DNA of 64,000 nt from a bacterium (GTDB lineage: Bacteria; Sysuimicrobiota; Sysuimicrobiia; Sysuimicrobiales; Humicultoraceae): positions 1,885 to 65,884 of the forward strand of contig DASYRG010000015.1 in the NCBI GenBank assembly GCA_036004665.1. Reading direction: 5' to 3'. A model generated the notes under the pieces. That model worked only from the letters and a program-made list of their open reading frames with translations, was not told where the DNA came from and did no database searches. Position numbers and translations under genes: made by a program. Positions within the stretch are counted from its first letter, which is position 1. Every line of letters begins with the position of its first letter. This document shows, piece by piece, positions 44,708-52,990 of the stretch.

Positions 44708-45145
44708 TCACAGCATTCCCTCGTCGCTGAGGCGCTTGACCATAGCCGAGCGCGTATTCACGCCCAGGCGCGTGAAGAGCCGGCGCAGGTGGGTGAGGAC
44801 GGTCCAGCTGCTGATGCCCAGGTGGACGCTGATCTCTTTGGTCGCCAGCCCTCGCCCGACCAGGCGCGCGATCTCCAGCTCTCTCGGTGTCACGTCGACG
44901 TCGGAAGGCCGTTCCCGCAGGCGGCTGAGGCGGTAGGTGGCGCCCTCGACGTCGATCTCGGCCAGCACCTCCTGGACGACCCCGTGAGGCTGCGGCGCCG
45001 CCGCGCCCGCCCGGTCGCGGCTGATCAGCGCCAGTTCTCGCAGCATGCGCTCCCGGGCGGTGGCGAGGTGCGCGAGCTCGCGCAGCATGCCCTCCTCCGT
45101 GCGCTCCTCGACCCGTCGGACCATCCGTGCCGTCATCGTTTTCAT
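44708..45145 (-). CDS. LuxR/GerE-type HTH transcriptional regulator with no receiver domain
   Basis: C-terminal VTPRELEIARLVGRGLATKEISVHLGISSWTVLTHLRRLFTRLGV. I chose the ATG at 45145 because it gives an ATGA overlap with the upstream gene's stop. The track ORF extends to 45163. Confidence 0.8.
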   Translation of the reverse strand: MKTMTARMVRRVEERTEEGMLRELAHLATARERMLRELALISRDRAGAAAPQPHGVVQEVLAEIDVEGATYRLSRLRERPSDVDVTPRELEIARLVGRGLATKEISVHLGISSWTVLTHLRRLFTRLGVNTRSAMVKRLSDEGML

Positions 45146-46434
45146 CGTCCCGCGGCCGCCCATGCCTCCTGCGCGGCAAACGCCTGCGCAAACGCGCGCG
45201 CGGCCTCCCCCTCCCTTCCCGCCTCCATGTGCGCATAGCCGATGTCGCGCAGCGCCTCGGCGCGTTCTTTGTTCATGTCCATCTCGCCGAACATCTCGGC
45301 GGCGCGGCGGTATCGGGTCACCGCCTCGTCCAGACGCCGCTCCACGCGGGCCACCGCCCCCAGGACCGCCTCGCCCCGCGCCGCCTCAGCGGGATCCTCG
45401 AGCTGCTGGGCCAGCCGCACCGCCTCGGCGGCCCACCGCTCCGCCTCACCGGCCCGCCCCTGCGCCAGCGCGGCCCTGGCCAGTTCGGTCAAGGTCGCCC
45501 CCCGGCCGGAATCGTCGGCGAGGCGCTCGGCGATGGTCAGGCTCTGGCGAAGAAGGGTTTCGGCGTCCGCGGGGCGGCCGCGTTCCAGCAGCAGCATCGC
45601 CTGATTCCGCTTCACGCCGCCGAGGAGCTGCAGGTTTTCCTGGACCTCCAGATGCGCTGACGCCCGCTGCAGGTACGCCGCGGCCTCGTCGAAGGCCCGA
45701 TCCTGCATCGCCGCGATTCCGCTGTTGATGTCCAGCAGGGCACGGGCGGCGGGATCGGCCGCCTGATCCAGGAAGGCCCTGGCCTCCTCGAACGCGGCGA
45801 GCGCCTGCCCCGCGAGCCCCAGGTTGAGGAAGACGCGTCCCAGGTTGGTGAGGATGACCGCCTGGAGGCGCCGGTCCGGTGGGTCGCTGCGGCGGATCAA
45901 GGCCAGGGCATCGGTGAGGTGAGTGCGGGCCACCCGGAAGCGCCGCCGCCGGATGGCGAGCAGCCCGCGGGCATTGGCGGCCAGCGCCGCCAGCCCTGCG
46001 TCCGCCAGTGCCGCTGCCCCACTGTCGGCGCGACGAAGGTGTTCATCGGCGAGGTCGAACTGGCGCAGGCCCAGGAGCGCCTGCCCGAGCCCGAGGCGAG
46101 CTCGCGTCAGCAGACGCCGATCGCCGGCCCGCACCGCCAGGGCCTCCGCCGCCTGATAGGCTTCGAGCGCCGGGGTCAGCTGATGCTGACGGAGGAGGAT
46201 GTCTCCGTGGCGAAGCCTCGCTTCGGCCTCTCCGGGCCCGTCAGCTTCGGATAGGAGCGAGGAGGAGGTGACGCCCAGCCGGTCTGCGAGGAGGCGGAGG
46301 GTGGCGAGGGACGGCCGGACCTTGCCGTGCTCCACCATGCTGATGAAGCTGACCGACAGGTCGCCTCCGGCGAGGGCGCGCTGCGTCATCCCCCTGGCCT
46401 TCCGGAGATCGCGGATTTTCACACCCAGCCCCAC
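45142..46434 (-). CDS. XRE-family HTH protein with a long TPR-like repeat domain (RRNPP-like architecture)
   Basis: N-terminus IRDLRKARGMTQRALAGGDLSVSFISMVEHGKVRPSLATLRLLADRLGV, followed by about 350 aa of Ala/Leu/Arg-rich helical repeats. No signal peptide or TM segment is present. Confidence 0.8.
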   Translation of the reverse strand: MGLGVKIRDLRKARGMTQRALAGGDLSVSFISMVEHGKVRPSLATLRLLADRLGVTSSSLLSEADGPGEAEARLRHGDILLRQHQLTPALEAYQAAEALAVRAGDRRLLTRARLGLGQALLGLRQFDLADEHLRRADSGAAALADAGLAALAANARGLLAIRRRRFRVARTHLTDALALIRRSDPPDRRLQAVILTNLGRVFLNLGLAGQALAAFEEARAFLDQAADPAARALLDINSGIAAMQDRAFDEAAAYLQRASAHLEVQENLQLLGGVKRNQAMLLLERGRPADAETLLRQSLTIAERLADDSGRGATLTELARAALAQGRAGEAERWAAEAVRLAQQLEDPAEAARGEAVLGAVARVERRLDEAVTRYRRAAEMFGEMDMNKERAEALRDIGYAHMEAGREGEAARAFAQAFAAQEAWAAAGR

Positions 46435-46493
46435 GGCCCACCCCCGGAGCGATCATCGGGATGACCCGGGGCGGGGTGTTGAGTCGGTTGGGG

Positions 46494-46619
46494 TTACCTC
46501 TCCCCCGTGCCCCCGTAGGAGTCGAAGTCTCCCGACCCCGCAAACGCAGGCGCGGCGCCAGCCGGAAGAAGGACTCCCAGGGACAGGGCAAGGAGGACTC
46601 CAATCAGGATCCTCTTCAC
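46494..46619 (-). CDS. Unannotated small ORF (41 aa): predicted secreted pro-peptide
   Basis: GTG start with GGAGG 7 nt upstream and a TAA stop. My codon-by-codon translation is VKRILIGVLLALSLGVLLPAGAAPAFAGSGDFDSYGGTGER, a signal-peptide-like n/h/c region with an AFA-G cleavage site. By my count 32 of 41 codons end in G or C, consistent with coding sequence in this genome. Confidence 0.5.
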   Translation of the reverse strand: MKRILIGVLLALSLGVLLPAGAAPAFAGSGDFDSYGGTGER

Positions 46620-46783
46620 CTGTCTCCCTCCCCTTGTGGTGTCTGTTAGAAGCCTTATCGGCAACTGCGCCGGTTTTTAGACCCCGGCCCACCCTTCGGG
46701 GAGGGAGGTCGGTCCGGCCCCGGGTCTCTCAGGCGGCCCCTTCTTGGTCAGAGACTAAAGTTCCTGCTTCCAGGCTCCGAAAT

Positions 46784-46798
46784 TTCAGTAAAACTGAA
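46784..46798. promoter_or_regulatory. Perfect palindrome TTCAGT-AAA-ACTGAA in the divergent region between the peptide ORF and the GYD gene; candidate operator
   Basis: Read directly from the sequence. It lies in an unusually AT-rich patch of this GC-rich window. Confidence 0.3.
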
Positions 46799-46894
46799 TG
46801 GGGTGAAGAAGGGAACTTAATGGTAGAAACCGTGTAGGAAGGGCTGTCATGAGGGCGAAAGGAACAGCTATCCCCTTTTTGGGAGGTGCTGCTC

Positions 46895-47185
46895 GTGCCG
46901 ACCTACATCATGCTGAGCACGCTGACGGACAGTGGTGCCGAGACCCTGAGCAAACAGCCCGACCGCCTCAAGGAGGTCAACCGCGAGATCGAAGCGATGG
47001 GGGTGAAAGTGGTTCAACAGTACGCGGTGTTGGGCCCGTACGACTTCGTCAACATTGTCGAGGCGCCCGACAACGACACGGTCGCCCGGGTTTCTGTGGA
47101 GCTCGGTGCCCGAGGCAGCGTGCGTATCGTCACTCTGGCGGCGATTCCGATCGACACCTTTGTCGGAAGACTGAAGAAGAAGTAG
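46895..47185 (+). CDS. GYD domain-containing protein
   Basis: PTYIMLSTLTDSGAETL...EIEAMGVKVVQQYAVLGPYDFVNIVEAPDNDTV matches the GYD family pattern. The GTG at 46895 lies 8 nt after GGGAGG. The track ORF starts at 46886. Confidence 0.75.
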   Translation: MPTYIMLSTLTDSGAETLSKQPDRLKEVNREIEAMGVKVVQQYAVLGPYDFVNIVEAPDNDTVARVSVELGARGSVRIVTLAAIPIDTFVGRLKKK

Positions 47186-47191
47186 CCGCGG

Positions 47192-47752
47192 TCAGTCCCC
47201 GTGCGCGGCCCGGAGGCGGGGAGAGAGGCGGAGCATCAGCGACACCCGTTCGAACTCCCGCAGCCAGTCGGCGGTCACGTCGGCCAGCACGTCGGGACCG
47301 GGTGGGAGGATACCGGTGGGACAGGATGGGCCGAGCCGCTCGTGAGCCATCCTGCGGTAGGTCGCCAGACTGCGGTCTCCATAGCGGGCGCACTCTTCGA
47401 AGTCTTCGCTCAGGAAGAGGACGATAGGGATCCGCCGCCCGGCGTTAAGCCTCAGCTCGTCCTGCACCACAGGCTCTTCATCGCGGTCGGCGAATCGCAG
47501 GCGAATCTGGGGCGCCGCCTCGGCGAGGCGCTGGAGGATGGGTCCCTGCGTCGCGCAGTCGCCGCACCAGGTACCCGCCAGGCAGAGAAGGTGCATCCGT
47601 CGTTGAAAGCCAGAGAGCAGCTCGACCTGCGCTTCGGTCAGCCGGATCCGCTCGTACACGGCGTGCCAGCGCTCCCGGTGCGCCTCTGTGCCGTGGCGGG
47701 CGAGGAACTCGTGGTACGGCTGCGCGCGGTCAAATACCGTCTGCCAGGCCAT
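47192..47752 (-). CDS. Thioredoxin-fold protein (WCGDC active site)
   Basis: Only the last 186 codons of track ORF 47192..48892 look real: MAWQTVFDRAQPYHEFL...LLCLAGTWCGDCATQGPIL. The ATG at 47752 follows GGGAG. Confidence 0.75.
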   Translation of the reverse strand: MAWQTVFDRAQPYHEFLARHGTEAHRERWHAVYERIRLTEAQVELLSGFQRRMHLLCLAGTWCGDCATQGPILQRLAEAAPQIRLRFADRDEEPVVQDELRLNAGRRIPIVLFLSEDFEECARYGDRSLATYRRMAHERLGPSCPTGILPPGPDVLADVTADWLREFERVSLMLRLSPRLRAAHGD

Positions 47753-47785
47753 GCGTCTCCCACCCCCACAGTATAATACTGAATC

Positions 47786-48001
47786 ATGCATGAGGTCGAA
47801 GGGCTTCTCATCGAGCTGCAACGGTCCGCCGGAGAAGGAGAGACGATCGCCCTGGGGCTGACCCTCAAGGACGGCGTGCCGCTGTTCGCGGTGCTGGTCG
47901 TCCGCAAGAACCAGGTGGTTGACGTCCTGGCGACCGGCAACACACCCGAGGCCGCCTGCCGCGCCGCACTCCAGCGGCCTGCCGCCTCCCCTCTGCACTA
48001 G
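47786..48001 (+). CDS. Hypothetical small protein (71 aa)
   Basis: High third-position GC and a non-repetitive translation. TATAAT at 47771-47776 lies only 9 nt upstream of the ATG. I recognise no motif. Confidence 0.45.
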   Translation: MHEVEGLLIELQRSAGEGETIALGLTLKDGVPLFAVLVVRKNQVVDVLATGNTPEAACRAALQRPAASPLH

Positions 48002-48009
48002 ACTTCCTG

Positions 48010-48282
48010 ATGCCATTGGATGATCGCGAGGCCATCCGCCGGCTGCGTGCGGCGGTGGCGGCCGCCGCCCCCGATGTCGAACTGGATGCGCCGTCTGTCC
48101 GTTGGGTGGAGACGCCCTATCCGGGAGTGAGATACGGGCTCCGCCTGGGCCGGGCGACCGCGCTGCTGTTCCTCCCCGTCGAGGACATCGACGGCGAAGG
48201 GTGGGAGGATCGGCTGCCCGCGCGCCTCCGCGAGGCCAGCGCCTACCTGGAGCAGTTCCCCCTCGCCCGCGTACCTCGCTAG
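48010..48282 (+). CDS. Hypothetical small protein (90 aa)
   Basis: Coding-like codon bias. It starts 8 nt after the preceding ORF. I recognise no motif. Confidence 0.45.
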   Translation: MPLDDREAIRRLRAAVAAAAPDVELDAPSVRWVETPYPGVRYGLRLGRATALLFLPVEDIDGEGWEDRLPARLREASAYLEQFPLARVPR

Positions 48283-48328
48283 GCGTCGCCGGTAGGCGTC
48301 GCGTCCATCCGCGAGAGGATCTGAAACG

Positions 48329-49060
48329 GTGCCTCCCTTGGACCCGGCCAGCGGTCAGGGTCTCACGCTGCTGCACGGGGCCGGCGCGCGCGGCGACCTC
48401 TGGCAGCTGCAGGCCCTCGCGTTCCCGCGGGCGCTGACCCCCGAGCTGGCGGGGCGCGACGGGGTCGGGACACCGACCTCCATCGCCGGCCACCTCCTCT
48501 CGCTGGGGCCGGTCCTCGACGCCGCGGCCGTGCTGGCGGGACATTCGCTGGGCGGGGCCGTCGCGCTGCAGTACGCGCTGGGATTGCCTGCGGGACTGCG
48601 CGGCGTCATCCTTATCGAGACCGGAGCGCGCTTCCCCGAGGCGAAGGAGTGGGTGCGGCAGCCCCTGGAGGAGGCGTCGCTGGTGGCGCTGACCGATCGC
48701 TCCTTCGGGCCTGCCGCCACTCCGCGGCTCCGGGAGAAGAGCCTCGCCATTCTGCGCGCGCTGGATCCGCGGGTCATCCGCGCCGACTTCGAGGCGGCGG
48801 CGAGCTTTGACGTGCGCGACCGTCTCGGGGGCATGCTCCTCCCCGCCCTCGTCATCGCCGGCAGCGCAGACCGAATGGTCGCGCCCCGTCACGCCGAGTT
48901 CTTGTCAGCCCACCTGCCCCGGGCAGAGCTGGTCTGGATCGAGGGCGCAGGGCACATGGTCATGCTTGAGCAGCCGCACGCCGTCAACCAGGCCATCCGC
49001 CGCTTCCTGGAGCGACTGAAGCGGGAAGAGTCCGTGCCCCCGTCACGCTATAATAGATAG
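48329..49060 (+). CDS. Alpha/beta-fold hydrolase
   Basis: LTLLHGAGARGDLW (oxyanion region), the nucleophile elbow GHSLGG, and GAGHMVMLEQP at the C-terminus. Confidence 0.8.
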   Translation: MPPLDPASGQGLTLLHGAGARGDLWQLQALAFPRALTPELAGRDGVGTPTSIAGHLLSLGPVLDAAAVLAGHSLGGAVALQYALGLPAGLRGVILIETGARFPEAKEWVRQPLEEASLVALTDRSFGPAATPRLREKSLAILRALDPRVIRADFEAAASFDVRDRLGGMLLPALVIAGSADRMVAPRHAEFLSAHLPRAELVWIEGAGHMVMLEQPHAVNQAIRRFLERLKREESVPPSRYNR

Positions 49061-49090
49061 GTTCGCGCCTCGGGCGCGCCGTGGTTTCCC

Positions 49091-50830
49091 ATGATCAGCA
49101 GACGGCTCCGCACCTACCTCGGCAGGCACCGCCGCGCGTACATCCAGGGGTTCGCCCTGGGCGTCCTCGCCACCGGCATCAGCCTGATCACGCCCTCGAT
49201 TCTCCGGCGGGCGGTGGACGGCATCCGCGCGGGGATGGCGACGCGGGATCTCATCGCCCTCGGCGCGATCTACGTCGGGCTGGCGCTCCTGGCGGCGACG
49301 ATCCGTTTCTTCTGGCGCACGGAGGTCATCGGCGCCTCCCGGCGCATCGAGTACGAAATCCGCAACGACTTCTTCGCCCACCTGCAAAGACTGCACCAGG
49401 GGTTCTTCCAGCACACCCGCACCGGCGACCTGATGGCGCGCGCCATCAACGACCTCAACGCAGTGCAGCGGCTCTCCGGTCCGGGAATCATGTACGCCAT
49501 CAACACGCCGGTGATGCTGCTACTGGTCGGTGCCTGGATGTTCAGCCTCGACGTCCGGCTGGCGCTGGTCGTCTCCGTGATCATGCCCCTGGTGACGGTG
49601 ATCTTCTTCCTGCTGGGCCGGCGCATCCACCACCGCTACCAGGGGGTGCAGGAACAGTTCAGCACCATCTCCGCGCGGGCCCAGGAGAACTTCTCCGGCA
49701 TCCGCGTCGTGAAAGCGTTCGCCCAGGAGCCCTACGAGGTCGAAGAGTTCGCCGGGGTCAACCGGGAGTTCATCGCCCGCAACCTGCGCCTCATCCGCGT
49801 GCAAGGGGCGCTCTGGCCATCGATGAGCCTGATCCTGGGGATCGCCTCGGCCCTCCTCCTCTGGCAGGGTGGCCGGGCGGTCGGCCAGGGACGCATCACA
49901 GTGGGGACGCTGGTGCAGTTCTACGCCTACCTGGGGCAGCTCAGCTGGCCGATGATCGCGCTCGGCTGGGTGACCAACCTGATCCAGCAAGGGATGGCCT
50001 CGATGGCCCGGCTGGACGAGATCTTCAACGCGCGCCCAGAGATCGCCGATCACCCCGACCCCCTGCCGGTGGAGCGGCTGACCGGGCGGATCGAGTTCCG
50101 CAACGTCAGTTTCGCCTACAATGGGCACCCCGTGCTACACGAGGTCACCCTCACCGTGCCCGCCGGCAGCACGCTGGCCATCGTCGGCCCGACGGGTGCC
50201 GGAAAGAGCACCCTGGTCAACCTGATCGGGCGATTGAACGACCCGACCGACGGGCAGGTGCTCATCGACGGGATCGAGACGCGGAGGCTGCCGCTGGCGA
50301 CGCTGCGCCGGGCGATCGGCTTCGTCCCCCAGGAACCCTTTCTCTTCTCGGAGACCATCGAAGAGAATCTGCGGTTCGGCGTCGAAGCGGGCGACGGGAT
50401 GAAGGCGGCGGCGGCCGCCGAGGTGGCGCAGCTGGCCCGCGACGTGCAGGACTTTCCGCACGGGTACGACACCGTGCTGGGGGAGCGCGGCGTGACCCTT
50501 TCCGGCGGGCAGAAACAGCGCGCCACCCTCGCCCGGGCGCTGGCCCGAGACCCGGCCATCCTGATCCTGGACGACGCGCTCAGCAGCGTGGACACCCACA
50601 CGGAAGAGCAGATCCTCCAGGGCCTCCGCGGGGTGATGGCCACGCGCACCAGCATCATCATCTCGCACCGGATCAGCACGGTGCGGGGGGCGGATCAGAT
50701 CATCGTGCTGGACGAGGGCCGCATCGTCGAGCGGGGAACGCACGAGGAGCTGCTGGCCGCCGACGGCCTCTACGCCGATCTCTACCGGAAGCAGTTGCTG
50801 GCCGAGGAACTGGAAGAGGCGGACGGCTAA
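49091..50830 (+). CDS. ABC exporter, fused permease/ATPase (half-transporter 1 of a heterodimer)
   Basis: Six-TM domain followed by Walker A GPTGAGKST, signature LSGGQKQR, and Walker B ILILDDALSSVD. Confidence 0.9.
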   Translation: MISRRLRTYLGRHRRAYIQGFALGVLATGISLITPSILRRAVDGIRAGMATRDLIALGAIYVGLALLAATIRFFWRTEVIGASRRIEYEIRNDFFAHLQRLHQGFFQHTRTGDLMARAINDLNAVQRLSGPGIMYAINTPVMLLLVGAWMFSLDVRLALVVSVIMPLVTVIFFLLGRRIHHRYQGVQEQFSTISARAQENFSGIRVVKAFAQEPYEVEEFAGVNREFIARNLRLIRVQGALWPSMSLILGIASALLLWQGGRAVGQGRITVGTLVQFYAYLGQLSWPMIALGWVTNLIQQGMASMARLDEIFNARPEIADHPDPLPVERLTGRIEFRNVSFAYNGHPVLHEVTLTVPAGSTLAIVGPTGAGKSTLVNLIGRLNDPTDGQVLIDGIETRRLPLATLRRAIGFVPQEPFLFSETIEENLRFGVEAGDGMKAAAAAEVAQLARDVQDFPHGYDTVLGERGVTLSGGQKQRATLARALARDPAILILDDALSSVDTHTEEQILQGLRGVMATRTSIIISHRISTVRGADQIIVLDEGRIVERGTHEELLAADGLYADLYRKQLLAEELEEADG

Positions 50831-50832
50831 GG

Positions 50833-52656
50833 ATGGCGATGCACTTTCAGGAAGACGAGATTCTCGGCCGGGCGTACGACGCCCGCCTGATGCGGCGCCT
50901 CCTCGGCTACGTGCGCCCCTACTGGCCGACGGTGGCGGTCGCGGTCGTGCTGATGCTGCTGCACCTGTCCACCTCGCTGGCCGGCCCCTACCTCTGGCGC
51001 CTCGGCATCGACAACTACGTCACGCCCCGCCGGCTGGAGGGACTGGGCCGGCTGACCGCGGCCTACCTGGGCATCCTGGCCGCCGGCTTCGGCCTACGCT
51101 ACGTGCACAGTTACCTGATGACGACGGTCGGGCAGCGTGCGATGTTCGACCTGCGCCTGGCGCTCTTTGCCCACCTGCAGCGGCTCTCGGTGCGGTTCTA
51201 CACGCACACGCCGGTGGGGCGGCTGATCACCCGCATCACCAACGACATCGACGCCCTCAACGAGATGATCACCCAGGGCATCGTCGGCATCTTCGGCGAT
51301 CTGATCATGCTGGTGGGGATCGTCGTCGTCATGCTGGCCCTCTCCTGGCGCCTGGCGCTGGTCACGTTCACCGTGCTGCCGCTGATCCTCTGGGTCACGG
51401 CGCAGTTCCGGGTGAAGGCGCGGGATACCTACCGGGCCGTGCGGACGCGGCTGGCCCGCATCAACGCCTACCTCAACGAGAACATCACGGGCATGGCCAT
51501 CGTGCAGCTCTTCAACCGGGAGCGACGCAACTTCGCGCAGTTCGATGGCCTCAACCGCGAGCTGCTGACTTGGAACCTGCGCGGGCTGCGCGCCTTCGCC
51601 ATGTTCCACCCCTCCGTGGGCGTGATCAGCTCGATGGCCATCGCCTTCATCCTGATCTTCGGCGGCGGCCTCTACCGGGAGACGGTGACCATCGGTCTGC
51701 TGGTGGCCTTCATCCAGTACGCGCACCGCTTCTTCGAGCCGATCGAAGAGCTCGCGGAGAAGTACAACATCCTGCAGGCGGCCATGGCGTCCTCCGAGCG
51801 CATCTTCCGGTTGCTCGACGAGCCGGTGGAGGTCACCGATCCCATCGAGCCCGTGCCCCTGGAGCGCGTCCGCGGCGAGATCGAGTTCCGCAACGTCTGG
51901 TTCGCCTATGAAGCCGGCGAGGACGGGACACCCGACTGGGTGCTCCGGGACGTCTCCTTCCACATCCGGGCGGGTGAGAGCGTGGCCTTCGTCGGCCACA
52001 CCGGCGCGGGGAAGTCCTCCGTCATCAACCTGATCACGCGGTTCTGGGATCCGCAGCGCGGCCAGGTGCTGGTGGACGGTGTCGACGTCCGCCGCTACAG
52101 ACAGCGTGAACTGCGCCGCCACATCGGGCTGGTGCTGCAGGACGTCTTCCTCTTCAGCGGCACGGTGGAGTCCAATATCCGGCTGGGCAACGCTGAGATC
52201 TCGGATCAGGCGGTGCGCGAGGCGGCCACCTTCGTCAACGCCCACCGTTTCGTCGACCGGCTGCCCAGGGGGTTCAAGACCGAGGTGCACGAGCGCGGCG
52301 CCACTCTCTCGGTCGGGCAGAAGCAGCTGATCGCCTTCGCCCGCGCCATCGCCCACAACCCGGAGATCCTGCTGGTGCTCGACGAAGCTACCAGCAGCGT
52401 GGACACCGAGACGGAGATCCTGATCCAGGATGCCCTGGCCAAGGTGCTGTCCGGCCGCACCTCGATCATCATCGCCCACCGGCTCAGCACCATCCAGCAC
52501 GTGGACCGCATCATCGTCCTGCACAAGGGCCGCATCGTCGAAGAGGGGCGCCACCACGACCTCCTCGGCCGCGGCGGCATCTACACGAAGCTCTACCAGC
52601 TGCAGTACCGCGACCAGGAGCTGCGCATCCCCCGCCTGGCCCGCGGCGATGGCTGA
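50833..52656 (+). CDS. ABC exporter, fused permease/ATPase (half-transporter 2)
   Basis: ATG at 50833 inside track ORF 49081..52656. Walker A GHTGAGKSS, signature LSVGQKQL, and Walker B LLVLDEATSSVD. Confidence 0.9.
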   Translation: MAMHFQEDEILGRAYDARLMRRLLGYVRPYWPTVAVAVVLMLLHLSTSLAGPYLWRLGIDNYVTPRRLEGLGRLTAAYLGILAAGFGLRYVHSYLMTTVGQRAMFDLRLALFAHLQRLSVRFYTHTPVGRLITRITNDIDALNEMITQGIVGIFGDLIMLVGIVVVMLALSWRLALVTFTVLPLILWVTAQFRVKARDTYRAVRTRLARINAYLNENITGMAIVQLFNRERRNFAQFDGLNRELLTWNLRGLRAFAMFHPSVGVISSMAIAFILIFGGGLYRETVTIGLLVAFIQYAHRFFEPIEELAEKYNILQAAMASSERIFRLLDEPVEVTDPIEPVPLERVRGEIEFRNVWFAYEAGEDGTPDWVLRDVSFHIRAGESVAFVGHTGAGKSSVINLITRFWDPQRGQVLVDGVDVRRYRQRELRRHIGLVLQDVFLFSGTVESNIRLGNAEISDQAVREAATFVNAHRFVDRLPRGFKTEVHERGATLSVGQKQLIAFARAIAHNPEILLVLDEATSSVDTETEILIQDALAKVLSGRTSIIIAHRLSTIQHVDRIIVLHKGRIVEEGRHHDLLGRGGIYTKLYQLQYRDQELRIPRLARGDG

Positions 52657-52990
52657 CGCGGTCCTGACCGAGTTGCAGCGGATCCTCCTGGAAGCCCTGG
52701 AGCTGCGCCGCGGGCTGATCGCCTATTCCAAGATCGAGGCAGCGGAGATGGACCGTCTGGCCCGCGACTACGAGCAGCAGGCACTCGATCGGGTGCGTGG
52801 AGAGTTGGAGCGGCTGCCCTCGGGTGGGGTAGCGCTGGCGGTGCGGCAGCGCCTTGGGCAGATGGACGAGGCGCTCGCCGTTCTGGCTGACCGCAGCGAC
52901 ATCGCTGAGCGCTCCCGCCGCCTGGAGCGCGACGACATCACTTGGCGCACCTTTGAGGACGTAGCGTCGCTCCTCGGGATCGAGCCCTAG
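52649..52990 (+). CDS. Hypothetical helical (coiled-coil-like) protein, 113 aa
   Basis: The ATG at 52649 overlaps the ABC stop (ATGGCTGA), and the stop abuts the ATG of the next gene. The translation MADAVLTELQRILLEALELRRG... is rich in E, R, L and A. Confidence 0.5.
   Translation: MADAVLTELQRILLEALELRRGLIAYSKIEAAEMDRLARDYEQQALDRVRGELERLPSGGVALAVRQRLGQMDEALAVLADRSDIAERSRRLERDDITWRTFEDVASLLGIEP

Noticed and set aside
47192-48892. A 566-aa minus-strand ORF, taken at face value.
   Set aside because: Only the C-terminal 186 codons (from the ATG at 47752) look like a real thioredoxin-fold protein with an RBS. The N-terminal 380 codons are Arg/Gly/Pro-rich and lie opposite plus-strand coding sequences, including a clear alpha/beta hydrolase.
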